A stretch of DNA of 64,000 bases from positions 186,001 to 250,000 of IMG/VR virus record IMGVR_UViG_3300005056_000001. One strand, written 5' to 3'. A program made the translations under genes and the position numbers. The first letter of the stretch is position 1; every line of letters begins with the position of its first letter. Under the pieces are notes generated by a model that was not told where the DNA came from, made no database searches, and saw only the letters and a list, made by a program, of their open reading frames with translations. This document shows positions 20,285 through 30,248 of this stretch, piece after piece.

Positions 20285-21006
20285 CCATACTTTTCTAGTG
20301 CAATACCAAACGCCTCGAGTTCCTGTGTCTTGTTCATGTGATCATGTTTCAGGCTGTCGGGGTACATTCTCATGGATTGTTCCAAAAGAAAATCGAGGTC
20401 ATTGTTTTTCCAACATGCCCTGACAAACAGGTAGTATTCTTCCTTTTGCTTCATCTTCCATAGGATTTTTTCCCATAAAGGATTTTTTGCATGTTGTTTT
20501 AATAGGTGCCAACATTTTTTATATGCCTTTTGGTAATCAATCCTTATTGTCTGCTTTATGGCATCGGTCACATATAGCGTGACGTCTTGGTTTGTTATGA
20601 TTTGACATATTCCGTTCTGCATGTACAGTGAGTACGGATATTCATAGACCTTGCTCAAAAGATTCTGAACTTTTTTCATTAGCGGAAACACGACATTTCT
20701 TGTGTTTGACACTGCCCTGTTATAGTCTTTTTCATGCACCAAAGGCTTGACCAACAACAACATTTCAGGATTGAACGGATTGTATAAATTGTCTTCAATA
20801 ATACCCTCAAACATCCATAGTTTGTTTTCGGGCAACATTTTTTGTTCTGCGCTCATACCTTCTTCTGTATATTCTGCATACCGACAGGTCATCTCCTCTC
20901 GACAGTCATTCTTTTCGACAAACAACTTTGTGCCTTTTTTCATTGTCACATAGCCTTGAGGGTTAGGGAAGTTATCACTACCCTTTATTAAAATGTATAC
21001 TTTCAT
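20281..21006 (-). CDS. hypothetical protein
   Basis: 241 aa, ATGA overlap with the methyltransferase. Confidence 0.7.
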   Translation of the reverse strand: MKVYILIKGSDNFPNPQGYVTMKKGTKLFVEKNDCREEMTCRYAEYTEEGMSAEQKMLPENKLWMFEGIIEDNLYNPFNPEMLLLVKPLVHEKDYNRAVSNTRNVVFPLMKKVQNLLSKVYEYPYSLYMQNGICQIITNQDVTLYVTDAIKQTIRIDYQKAYKKCWHLLKQHAKNPLWEKILWKMKQKEEYYLFVRACWKNNDLDFLLEQSMRMYPDSLKHDHMNKTQELEAFGIALEKYG

Positions 21007-21953
21007 ATTTCGCTTTTTGCCTGTTCAATTCTTTGTCGTCCTGTATCGCAATATTCCTTGTCCAATTCGATGCATATATAATTGCGTCCTGTGTTAATAC
21101 AGGCAACAGCAGTGCTGCATGACCCTGCCGTTAAGTCCAAAACCAAGTCGCCTTCGTTGCTATATGTTTTGATTAAATCCTCTAGGAGTTTTACGGGTTT
21201 TTGTGTGGGATGGTGGCCGTTATAGTCTTTTTTGTATTTAAATATGTTCGACTTGAATTTTTTGCCCTGCCATAGGTTGAATGTGGAATTGAATGTGGAA
21301 TTGAATGTGGAATTGATATGTTTTAGGGTTGAGTAGTCCAAATAACCGTCCATGTTTTTAATCGCAAAGGAGTCAATAAGTTTTTGATATGTTTGTTCTG
21401 TACATAAACCGAATTGGGTCGAATTCGTTCTTAATGTATGATACACGCATTGCCCAACGACTGCAAATATTTGCTGTTTATTAAGGTTTATGAATTCTAA
21501 TACATCATTAAAATACAACCTTAACGGGTGTAAGTTTAGCGTGTCATACTTCTTACCAAACACCAATAAATCCTCATAATAGGATACAGGGGCTTTTTTG
21601 GCAATCAACGAATTTGCAAAATGGTCTTTCTCCCAAATATTTCTGTAAAGAAACGGTAAATTGGCAATCGCATTGTTTCTAAGATCTGTGGTATATGGTT
21701 CTTGTCCAAATAGAATCATTTTCCCGTTTACTCGTAACAAATCGTTGGCATGCTTAAATAAATCATTGGGTGGTATCGAATTATCCCAATCAACCTTACC
21801 AACCATACCGTGGTTGGTCGATTTGCCACCAATACCCTTTACTATGCCATACGGAGGGTCTGTGAGTATCAAATCCACACTACCTTTTTTAATGAACTTT
21901 GCTACTTCCAAGCAGTCGCCCTGTATTAGACTATTATTTTCAATTTCTTTCAT
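21003..21953 (-). CDS. DNA N6-adenine/N4-cytosine methyltransferase (beta class)
   Basis: DLILTDPPY, HPTQKP and VLDLTAGSCST motifs in beta order. Confidence 0.92.
   Translation of the reverse strand: MKEIENNSLIQGDCLEVAKFIKKGSVDLILTDPPYGIVKGIGGKSTNHGMVGKVDWDNSIPPNDLFKHANDLLRVNGKMILFGQEPYTTDLRNNAIANLPFLYRNIWEKDHFANSLIAKKAPVSYYEDLLVFGKKYDTLNLHPLRLYFNDVLEFINLNKQQIFAVVGQCVYHTLRTNSTQFGLCTEQTYQKLIDSFAIKNMDGYLDYSTLKHINSTFNSTFNSTFNLWQGKKFKSNIFKYKKDYNGHHPTQKPVKLLEDLIKTYSNEGDLVLDLTAGSCSTAVACINTGRNYICIELDKEYCDTGRQRIEQAKSEI
21277..21316. repeat. 12-bp in-frame tandem repeat, about 3.3 copies (NSTF)
   Basis: TTGAATGTGGAA repeated. Confidence 0.9.
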
Positions 21954-21956
21954 GTT

Positions 21957-22445
21957 TTAAATTTCGACTTCCTGATTCCAATCCTCGTTTTCGCACCCAT
22001 ACAAAGAGGACTTAAAGTTTGACGAGGAAAATGTGACAATTAACTCACGGTCATTTGCGGCACCCGCACGTGGGTTTATTCTTCCGCCCCATGCTACCTG
22101 TCCCTTTGCGTTTTTAACATTAAGCAACTTGATTCCGTTTTCATAGGCAAACACGATGTAACTAGCCTCGTACCCTTCCATGTTTGTGGCCTTTTGTAGT
22201 TCGGTTAGTTTCATGATACTGACCTTTGGGGTGTGGTTGTCTTCTATGTTTTTGTACTTGACTCCCTTGATTTCGACCGATACACGACTGCCGTTGGGAA
22301 GGTATAGCATATAATCAATCTGATGATTGCCTAGTTTTATGATGGTTGGGTCAATAAACGTCTTGTCCATGTCCGACATCACATCAATAAATAATCTGAT
22401 GGCGTTCTCTTCTCGTTTTATGTCTTCTTTTCTTTCGTATCTCAT
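21957..22445 (-). CDS. putative PD-(D/E)xK nuclease
   Basis: ID...VEIKG motif; start placed at MRYERKE. Confidence 0.55.
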   Translation of the reverse strand: MRYERKEDIKREENAIRLFIDVMSDMDKTFIDPTIIKLGNHQIDYMLYLPNGSRVSVEIKGVKYKNIEDNHTPKVSIMKLTELQKATNMEGYEASYIVFAYENGIKLLNVKNAKGQVAWGGRINPRAGAANDRELIVTFSSSNFKSSLYGCENEDWNQEVEI

Positions 22446-22536
22446 ATTATTTTTATAACCAAACCGATAATAACACAATAACGCCAATAACACGGCACCT
22501 GTTTGCTAATGGCATGGTACATACATAAAATAAAAC

Positions 22537-22944
22537 ATGACCCAATTTAATCAACAACTAGGAGAGGCAGACTACAATATGTATGCACCCGACGAATATG
22601 GCTATGCAAATGGTATCATAATCAAGCAGGGGTATGCATTGTTTATCCAAGAAATTCAGTTGTTGTTTGACACAGAAAGGGGTGAAATCCTTGGCAATGA
22701 TTTTGGTTCGGAGGCAAGAAGGCTTATTTGGAGACAAAGAGCAACCGAGCAACAGGTTACCGCCTTGCTTATTGCCGAAATAAAAAGATTCTGTGACCTG
22801 TCAAATAAATACCGCTTTAAACTGAGTGTTAAGTTTATGTTGGGGGACTCAAGAGACATTGCCGTGATTGATATAGAGGTGGAAGCCTTGGAGGAGGCCG
22901 TGGAATACGGCGGAATTGTTGCCTATCAGTATACTTTTTCTTAG
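22537..22944 (+). CDS. baseplate wedge protein, T4 gp25-like
   Basis: LLFDTERGEILG.DFG motif; GTACATA at 22517-22523. Confidence 0.75.
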   Translation: MTQFNQQLGEADYNMYAPDEYGYANGIIIKQGYALFIQEIQLLFDTERGEILGNDFGSEARRLIWRQRATEQQVTALLIAEIKRFCDLSNKYRFKLSVKFMLGDSRDIAVIDIEVEALEEAVEYGGIVAYQYTFS

Positions 22945-23039
22945 GTTAATTTGCAATAAATAAAGGTTTTATGTAAAAAACAGTAATATTATTGTAACTT
23001 AGCAGCCAAGACAAAGTATTAACAGATAAAAAACAACAC

Positions 23040-24014
23040 ATGTTACAATTAAAAACAATTGTGTTGCTCTTGTATTCTATTTTTGCACTCTTGGCAAAGA
23101 CCGTGCAAAAAGAAGCCATAACAGCACAGACGGTAATATTCCAATCGAATACTACCAAATCAACCTTTGACCACGAAACATATTCGGTGGACAAGAAGCA
23201 ATCCAAAAAAGAAAAGGCTGCAATGTTGGCAGCCAACAATTTCGATTATTCAAGACAGAAGCCCTACGGCAAGCACGACTATATTAAGTTTCTTGAATAT
23301 TGGCTCATTAAAAATGATGGTATAGGTAAGGCTATACGTGGATCAAAACGAAATGTTCCTGTTGAGGTCGTAATAGCGAAATTATGGTTTGAGTCTCATG
23401 GCGGACACTCGGGTCTTGCAAAAAAAGACCCAACGGCAATATTGGGGATAAAGGGCAACAACGGCGTGAAAGGATATGACGACACAGATAAATCCAATGT
23501 TCAGTATGCCTCATACCCAAACCGTGCAGCAGCATTAAAGGCATTCAACAACTTGCTGTCTGTAAACAACGGGTGGTCATCGAAAGTATACCGTGAACGT
23601 TATTTGGCATGGGAGGCACTATCAAACAAAGAACTTGGCACGTATTTGACAAGAGACATTGTAAAAGGTAAAACACATCACCTTCCTTTGGTAACACAAA
23701 AGGGAAAACAACCTTCTTGGTATTATTGGTTATTGGCTATGCAGGCACACCCAAGCAGCGACCTAAAGAAATCAAAAATGTCCTACGCAAACAACGGATG
23801 GACAACTGAACGTATAAATAAGATGGGTGCGATTCCTTTGATGAGACAAGAGCGTTTGTTTCATTCACAAAAGATGATAAATTTTCTTCTCCAAGACGAT
23901 GTAAGAAGTGTTGTCGCAACCTACTATAAAAAGTACGAAAAGTCTTGGACAGAGCCAATAAAATGGTACGGTTCGGTCGTGTCCATCGAAAAAAACTACA
24001 CATTCAAGAACTGA
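23040..24014 (+). CDS. peptidoglycan hydrolase, glucosaminidase (GH73)-like, with N-terminal signal/anchor
   Basis: VPVEVVIAKLWFES..G.S.LA....ILGIKG and YASY motifs. Confidence 0.65.
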   Translation: MLQLKTIVLLLYSIFALLAKTVQKEAITAQTVIFQSNTTKSTFDHETYSVDKKQSKKEKAAMLAANNFDYSRQKPYGKHDYIKFLEYWLIKNDGIGKAIRGSKRNVPVEVVIAKLWFESHGGHSGLAKKDPTAILGIKGNNGVKGYDDTDKSNVQYASYPNRAAALKAFNNLLSVNNGWSSKVYRERYLAWEALSNKELGTYLTRDIVKGKTHHLPLVTQKGKQPSWYYWLLAMQAHPSSDLKKSKMSYANNGWTTERINKMGAIPLMRQERLFHSQKMINFLLQDDVRSVVATYYKKYEKSWTEPIKWYGSVVSIEKNYTFKN

Positions 24015-24019
24015 GCAAT

Positions 24020-24060
24020 AAAAACCCGTAAGTGTTAAAACTTACGGGTTTTTATTTTTT
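24020..24060 (+). terminator. intrinsic terminator
   Basis: AAAAACCCGTAAG / CTTACGGGTTTTT. Confidence 0.75.
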
Positions 24061-24121
24061 TGTTTGGTGGTGTGGATTGTTTATCCTATATTGTGTATAT
24101 TGTTAATATAAATAAACAAAA

Positions 24122-24394
24122 ATGAAACTGACAGCAGACAATCTAGAGACAAAAATGCTTATTGACGGAGAAATGAAAACTCCTATACAGGCACTTCAGG
24201 ACATGCTTGACCATGGGGATAAATACAAGAGTACATGGTTTGTAAGACGAATCATGCCCGCAAAGAAAATTATTTGGTTGATTGTACAGGACGGACTAGA
24301 AGGGATTGTTCTTAAGATTTATATCGACAACCCAAAACAGACCCGCTATTGGATCATAGAAAAATTAATCGAATGGGGCTTCAAACCCTTTTAA
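24122..24394 (+). CDS. hypothetical protein
   Basis: 90-aa ORF. Confidence 0.65.
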   Translation: MKLTADNLETKMLIDGEMKTPIQALQDMLDHGDKYKSTWFVRRIMPAKKIIWLIVQDGLEGIVLKIYIDNPKQTRYWIIEKLIEWGFKPF

Positions 24395-24407
24395 ATAACC
24401 AAAGAAA

Positions 24408-24989
24408 ATGGACAGACTAGAAAAATTGCGCCAATTGGCAGAAGAGGAACGTCGGGACAAGCAATATAACACCAAATTGAAAAATGTTTTAAACAGCACA
24501 AGGTATACACTTGGCGACATGGAACACAACAAGATTATTGGGATTAAACTCCCTTGTTGGGAAAAGGTTTGTTGGGGTGTTTTCCACAAGAACAGTATCT
24601 TTACAACACGCTCAATAAAGGTAACAACAACGGATTGGCGTGGACGTGAAATGAAATTCAATCGGGATTATTTTCTGCTTGGTGACATACTTGTCAATGA
24701 AGACAATTTGGACTATTGCCTAAATGAATTGTATACGCTCCCAATCAATTATATTGTTTCTGTTGATATATCAAAAACACACATCAGTCCAATTGTTGAT
24801 GGTATGGGTTATAAAGAACTGATGAACGAACTTGAGGAGCTAAGACGATATGTTGATACACAAAGACTCTTTGAGGTCAAGGCAAAGCTCCTACAATTTC
24901 CCAAGAAAAAAGAAAAACAGCCTGTCAAAATGATGACAGCAAAAGATTACGAACATGTCCCAAAGGCCAATTGGGCTAGATATTATTAA
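24408..24989 (+). CDS. hypothetical protein
   Basis: 193-aa ORF. Confidence 0.7.
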   Translation: MDRLEKLRQLAEEERRDKQYNTKLKNVLNSTRYTLGDMEHNKIIGIKLPCWEKVCWGVFHKNSIFTTRSIKVTTTDWRGREMKFNRDYFLLGDILVNEDNLDYCLNELYTLPINYIVSVDISKTHISPIVDGMGYKELMNELEELRRYVDTQRLFEVKAKLLQFPKKKEKQPVKMMTAKDYEHVPKANWARYY

Positions 24990-25058
24990 ACACTAATCAA
25001 AAATAATCGAATTGGGCTTCAAGCTCTTTAAAATCAAAAATAAACAGATAAACAGATA

Positions 25059-25694
25059 ATGACTCTACAAGAAATAATTAACGACCTAGACAAGTCAAAA
25101 AGAAACGAATGCGATGTTGACATGGCAATAGTCTCGGACGCATGTGGTCTACTATGGGACTTTAGCGAGCACGATGACAGCAAAAATATCAAGTCATACT
25201 ATTTTGCGGCATGGCAATGCACAGACACGTGGGTCGGAGGCAAGGTCTATTTTATGGACGACAAGGCGGTCTGTATTTCATGGAGAAATACTCGCAGCGA
25301 CTCCGAACAATTCTCTTGGGTATCCACAAAGGCATACCAAGAAGTATATGACCATATTCTTGAATTGATTAGGCCAAAAGAGTATGACCTTTCAAATATT
25401 GATGTGGTTAATATGTCGGATGATTTGGGGAAAGGATTCCATGTGGATTTTGCCAAGGATCTTTTGAGCAAGAATGTGTATTATATTCCGACAAAGGAGT
25501 ACGTTATGATAGCGGGCATAGTACCCGACAATTTTAAAGACACAACTTATTGCCTGTCAACAGAGGTCACCATTAAACTAAAGGACGGCAGCACCAAGGA
25601 TGTTCCTACAACGGACATACTGTCGTTGTACAGAACAAAAACATGGTTGGATGTGCACGCATATTTAGAAAGCCTTTCCACTAAAACTGCCTAA
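25059..25694 (+). CDS. hypothetical phage protein
   Basis: 211 aa, WQCTDTWVG motif. Confidence 0.7.
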   Translation: MTLQEIINDLDKSKRNECDVDMAIVSDACGLLWDFSEHDDSKNIKSYYFAAWQCTDTWVGGKVYFMDDKAVCISWRNTRSDSEQFSWVSTKAYQEVYDHILELIRPKEYDLSNIDVVNMSDDLGKGFHVDFAKDLLSKNVYYIPTKEYVMIAGIVPDNFKDTTYCLSTEVTIKLKDGSTKDVPTTDILSLYRTKTWLDVHAYLESLSTKTA

Positions 25695-25884
25695 TAAGCA
25701 AGATATTGAAATTTTTTCCACTAACAGGCCCAATTTATTAAAATATTTCTGCTAAAACATATCATGACTAAAACATTCAAGTACGCTGTTATATATCTTA
25801 GTCCTGTGAGGGGGGTATAAACACGAAAAGTCCATCATTGAGTACTATGATAATCTTTATTTTAGCACCCACAAATAAACAACA

Positions 25885-26316
25885 ATGAACAAGATAACAA
25901 ACGAAAACAGAAAGACGCACGGAGGAATACAATTGGGTGATATTATAGACACAGGATTCTCGAAGGGTAAGGTTGTCGAACTGTGCGAAAAAACCTCAAA
26001 GAGATACTTTGTGATGGTTTCTATGTTTGGCACCGAATCGTCTAAGCCGATTCGGTACTCAACCACACAGATAGCACTCCACATCAAAAGAGAGGACTAC
26101 GAAAAGTCTAGGGAGATATTTAATTCAGACTATGCCCATGTCATTGTGAATCCCATAAAAGGAACATTCACGAATACTTTCAGGGTGGATAGATTGATTT
26201 CAAGACTATCAAAAGAAGATTTGGACAGTGCAACAAAACAGGGTCAGAAAATCATTGAGTACAAATGCATAAACGACAAGGGCTTTGAGTTCATCAATTC
26301 CATGAAACTCAGATAA
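25885..26316 (+). CDS. hypothetical protein
   Basis: 143-aa ORF. Confidence 0.65.
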   Translation: MNKITNENRKTHGGIQLGDIIDTGFSKGKVVELCEKTSKRYFVMVSMFGTESSKPIRYSTTQIALHIKREDYEKSREIFNSDYAHVIVNPIKGTFTNTFRVDRLISRLSKEDLDSATKQGQKIIEYKCINDKGFEFINSMKLR

Positions 26317-26318
26317 TT

Positions 26319-26357
26319 AAAAAACCGATTGTTTCGTAATGGAACAATCGGTTTTTG
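26319..26357. terminator. bidirectional terminator
   Basis: AAAAACCGATTGTT / AACAATCGGTTTTT between convergent genes. Confidence 0.8.
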
Positions 26358-26361
26358 TTGT

Positions 26362-26907
26362 CTACAGATAATTATTGCTGATTATGTATGCCAATGTCGG
26401 GTCTTTTTCGCCAAGCTCCGTGAATCTTGGTGTCTTCTTATACATGTTAGGATAGATTTCGGAATTGTCGTATGCCTCCCTTTCCCATGGCAACTCTTTG
26501 TGCTTCTCGAAGTCTCGGTTTGATTTGTAGTCCTCAAGGGTAATGTAATCATTGCCGTCCCATGTAAACCATGTCATGTCGCTATTGACGCCCAACTTTA
26601 CATTTACGATCTGCCAAATGTGGGTCATTTCATGGGTGATAATCTTTAGAATGGGCATGGTTCCAAACTTGCTGTCGATGTTTATTTTAACATCTTTTTT
26701 CTTGTCGTCTAGCAAGTCTTTCATGTCTATATTACCAAATATATGTTTCGGCATTTTTCGATAATTCAAAAGAATATTCTTTTGGATATTTTGCAGATCT
26801 AAAATTTCAAGGAGCCATTCGGTGTAGTCCACGAATAGTATCTTTTCGTATTCGGACATTCCTCCCTTGGTCTTTACCTTTATCTTTGACTCGGTTATCC
26901 TTCTCAT
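26362..26907 (-). CDS. HExxH zinc-metallopeptidase-like protein with MRRITE leader
   Basis: THEMTHIWQ...LPWEREAY. Confidence 0.75.
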   Translation of the reverse strand: MRRITESKIKVKTKGGMSEYEKILFVDYTEWLLEILDLQNIQKNILLNYRKMPKHIFGNIDMKDLLDDKKKDVKINIDSKFGTMPILKIITHEMTHIWQIVNVKLGVNSDMTWFTWDGNDYITLEDYKSNRDFEKHKELPWEREAYDNSEIYPNMYKKTPRFTELGEKDPTLAYIISNNYL

Positions 26908-27845
26908 ATTGTTGGGTATTGAATGATTGTTAATGAAGTCATTTCCTTGGTGAAATCAAGGGTTCCTAGGTCTATTTTGGTGCCACTAATATTTAACCTC
27001 CTGAGCATTTCCATTTTTCGCATCGTACTTGGGAGGTCTGCAATGGGCGAACCCTGAATATCCAACTCCTCCAACTTCTTTAGCTTGCCAATAGACTTGG
27101 GGAGTTCGGCTATATTGTTGTGATTGAGCCAAAGTTTTTTGAGTCTTCGTAGGTCTCCAATTGTCTTGGGGACGTCCTTGATATTGTTGTAACCCAAGCC
27201 CAACAGCCTTAATTTTTTAAGGCTTCCGATACTTGGCGGCAACGACTTTAGATTGTTGTTTATCATAAAAAACTCCTCCAAGTTAACTAGCATGCCAATT
27301 CCTGTCGGGATATTATTAATCGAATTTTTGTTGATATAGAGCTCCTTTAGGGAGGTTAGGCCGCCAACATAACGACTCAGTGATGTTAGCCTGTTTTTGT
27401 TCAAAATAAGCACCTCAAGATTTGCAAGTTTTCGGATCGTTGTTGGTAGTGTGGCCAATGAATTATTCTGAAGCTCCAAGGACTTTAGATTTGTTAGATC
27501 ACCAATAGAACTTGGCAACTCCTTGAGTCCACAACCCGTGACGGTTAGCGTGCGCAACATTTTCAACAGCCCCAATTGGTCGGGGAGTCTGTCAATCTTG
27601 GTGTCTCTAATAACAATGTGCTCGTCTAAAAACAGCCCTTTAAGGTCGTGTTTTAAGATTTTTAGCATAGGGGCGAACTCGACCTTTAATTCTGCCTCTA
27701 TACCCAAAGAAAGCTCTGTGTCAAGCCTGAATGCCGATATAATGTTGAGCCGTTCGCCTGTCTTGATTAGGTTATACGCATTCTTGCGTTCTTTATTACG
27801 CTTTTTTTCATCCTCGGGGTTTGTTGCCTCTGTTATTCTACGCAT
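26904..27845 (-). CDS. leucine-rich repeat protein (LRR-4) with MRRITE leader
   Basis: LPSSIGDLTNLKSLELQNNSL-type repeats. Confidence 0.93.
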   Translation of the reverse strand: MRRITEATNPEDEKKRNKERKNAYNLIKTGERLNIISAFRLDTELSLGIEAELKVEFAPMLKILKHDLKGLFLDEHIVIRDTKIDRLPDQLGLLKMLRTLTVTGCGLKELPSSIGDLTNLKSLELQNNSLATLPTTIRKLANLEVLILNKNRLTSLSRYVGGLTSLKELYINKNSINNIPTGIGMLVNLEEFFMINNNLKSLPPSIGSLKKLRLLGLGYNNIKDVPKTIGDLRRLKKLWLNHNNIAELPKSIGKLKKLEELDIQGSPIADLPSTMRKMEMLRRLNISGTKIDLGTLDFTKEMTSLTIIQYPTI

Positions 27846-27864
27846 AATTGTTTTTTTGTATGTA

Positions 27865-28569
27865 TCATATAACCGTTATCCCTCGCATATCGTTCCTAAA
27901 GAATTTGCCTACCTTTACAGGGTGTTCCCAAGGATTATCCTTGATAGACAATACGCCAAGACCCTGTAACTTGACAAGGTCGTTTGGGAGGTTTGTTATT
28001 TGATTGTTGCCGAGTCTTAGTGTCTCAAGATTGGTCATATCGCCAATATATGACGGGATCTTGGTCAAGTGATTATAGCCCATATCCAAGGATTTTAGAC
28101 TATCCATCTTTGACAATACCTTTGGAATGATTTTAAAGTCATTCTCGTCAAGATATAATGTGCGGAGCCTTGTCAGGTTTTCGATTGTTTTTGGAAGACT
28201 TGACAATTTATTTTGTGACAGTCCTAGGAAATCCAAATTTTCCAAGTCGCCTATTTCCTTTGGGAGTTCGAAAATGCCGTTGGCTTCCAATTGAAGTTCT
28301 CTTAGGTTTGTCAACATTCCAATTTCTTTTGGGACTGTGCCGATTCCGTCGCCTGTTAGGTCAATACTGTCTGCCATAAACAAACCAAGCAGGTCTGTCT
28401 CCATTGAAGTAAGGAAATATGAAAATATATCCTCTAGCTCTGCAATGTACCCAAGCCCTACCGACTCATCAAATGCGATTGCTGTTTCTATGCTGTCTTG
28501 ATCACCCGACAATAATTGTGCCTTAACAAAATTAATATTGTCGGACTTACTTTCTACTATACGTTTCAT
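27865..28569 (-). CDS. leucine-rich repeat protein (LRR-5) with MKRIVE leader
   Basis: LPKEIGDLENLDFLGLSQNKL-type repeats. Confidence 0.93.
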   Translation of the reverse strand: MKRIVESKSDNINFVKAQLLSGDQDSIETAIAFDESVGLGYIAELEDIFSYFLTSMETDLLGLFMADSIDLTGDGIGTVPKEIGMLTNLRELQLEANGIFELPKEIGDLENLDFLGLSQNKLSSLPKTIENLTRLRTLYLDENDFKIIPKVLSKMDSLKSLDMGYNHLTKIPSYIGDMTNLETLRLGNNQITNLPNDLVKLQGLGVLSIKDNPWEHPVKVGKFFRNDMRGITVI

Positions 28570-28571
28570 GA

Positions 28572-30248
28572 TTATAATTGTTCAAACACTCCATTCTTTT
28601 GGGCAAATACCATAACAGAATCGTTCAGTGTTGTTAGTGTGTTGTTGTTAAAAAGTGCAATAGGTCTCAATATAGGAATTTCTCCGTTATTAACCGCAAT
28701 ACTATTCAAAGAATTTAGACCAAGGTTAGGATTCTTTCCGACAGGAACCTCTTTTCGGACACGTTGTACAATACGGGATGTTCCGCTAGAGGTTACCTCG
28801 TTCACGAAATAGTACCCGTTCGATTTTGCCAACTCGTTGTCTTCCGAAAATATGTTGACCTGCACGGATTTAATTTCGTTCATGTTGTAGATCCCGTTTT
28901 CGATATCCGAATTCACAATAATATTATCAAACTTCATGTCCCTGCTTTTGAATGTTGCCTTTAACATCAATTCGGATACAATGTCTCGGATCTCGTTTAG
29001 TACTTGGGCGTCATCATCAAAATCACCCCTGACATAGATTAGCATGGAATACCTTTTTAACACAGGATTTTCCATTATAATTTCGGATGTCGGAAATTGT
29101 CTCTTGGAGTTGTTAATCATACTTTTGATGGCATCCTTTTGGGGCAATGTCAGGGAAAACCTAGTCTCGGACATATTCAAGTAATCACGGCTGTTCAAAA
29201 AGTTTAGACTCGGCAATGCCAACACATGCATGATTAGATCATTGTTCTTGTCTGACCAAACAGACACATGAGACAATATACTAAGACGGCTAAGATATGC
29301 CTGTAGGTTTTCGGGTCTAACAAACGTGAATGCCCTTGACGAATGTCCGATTAAGTTTCGGGTTACCTCGGGATGTTCTCCGTTTGAGGCCAAAATTAGT
29401 CCTGTGGAGCGTGTGATTATAAAGTCTGTGAGCTCGTCACCGTTCGAGTTGGTGAATCCTTCCACGATTGTAAATTTATCCCCACGACTCAATATTCCCA
29501 ACTCGCCATTGGTGACCATATATTCGACCTCGACAACATCGCCGTGTTTTAATTCAACCCCGTGTGTGGTGTCGCCAAAAATAATATCCAACTGACTTTG
29601 CCATCCATTCTCCGTAATGTACACCTCGTCGCCTTGTGCCATGTCCTCAATACTGTCTGTTTTTGACCACAGGACATTGTTTACCTTTACCTTGACAGAA
29701 TAATGTTCGATATATTCCTCGTCTTCCAATCGGATTGTAAATAGTGTGGTGTCTTCGCTCGTGGCATCAATCACAAAAGATTGATTTTTTAGAATCCCTT
29801 GTATTATTGGCAGCTCAATGGTGTTGTTACTGAGCGAGTATTTCTTTTCGGTGTCGATGTTTACGGTATAAACAAGACTGTTTGTTGTGCAAGTAAGCGT
29901 GGCGGTCGGAGAAACATACAAAAAACTACCAACTGCAAACGACTCGTTCTTTCGGAGCTTCACGGTACCACGGGCCGAAATTGGTCGTGTTGCCTCGTGT
30001 CCTGATATCGAGGCCAAGCCCCTTATTGAGGTCGGCTTTGTGACGGTCTGTGGTGCCAATTGTCTATGTGACTGTGCTTGGTATAACAAGGACAGGTTTA
30101 GCTGATCCTGAAGCACATCAAGAACGATTTTATAAAGCCTTGCCTGTGCAGAATCACGCATCCCCAATGTCTTGGCAATAAACTCATTTACCTGAGTTCT
30201 CATGCGATTCATTCTGATCGAAGATTGGTCGAAGATTTTTAGTGCCAT
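28572..30248 (-). CDS. baseplate wedge protein, T4 gp6-like
   Basis: SIRGLASISGHEATR, IIQG, IIFGD...G and VEVEY.VTNG motifs; GTACATA at 30262-30268. Confidence 0.8.
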   Translation of the reverse strand: MALKIFDQSSIRMNRMRTQVNEFIAKTLGMRDSAQARLYKIVLDVLQDQLNLSLLYQAQSHRQLAPQTVTKPTSIRGLASISGHEATRPISARGTVKLRKNESFAVGSFLYVSPTATLTCTTNSLVYTVNIDTEKKYSLSNNTIELPIIQGILKNQSFVIDATSEDTTLFTIRLEDEEYIEHYSVKVKVNNVLWSKTDSIEDMAQGDEVYITENGWQSQLDIIFGDTTHGVELKHGDVVEVEYMVTNGELGILSRGDKFTIVEGFTNSNGDELTDFIITRSTGLILASNGEHPEVTRNLIGHSSRAFTFVRPENLQAYLSRLSILSHVSVWSDKNNDLIMHVLALPSLNFLNSRDYLNMSETRFSLTLPQKDAIKSMINNSKRQFPTSEIIMENPVLKRYSMLIYVRGDFDDDAQVLNEIRDIVSELMLKATFKSRDMKFDNIIVNSDIENGIYNMNEIKSVQVNIFSEDNELAKSNGYYFVNEVTSSGTSRIVQRVRKEVPVGKNPNLGLNSLNSIAVNNGEIPILRPIALFNNNTLTTLNDSVMVFAQKNGVFEQL

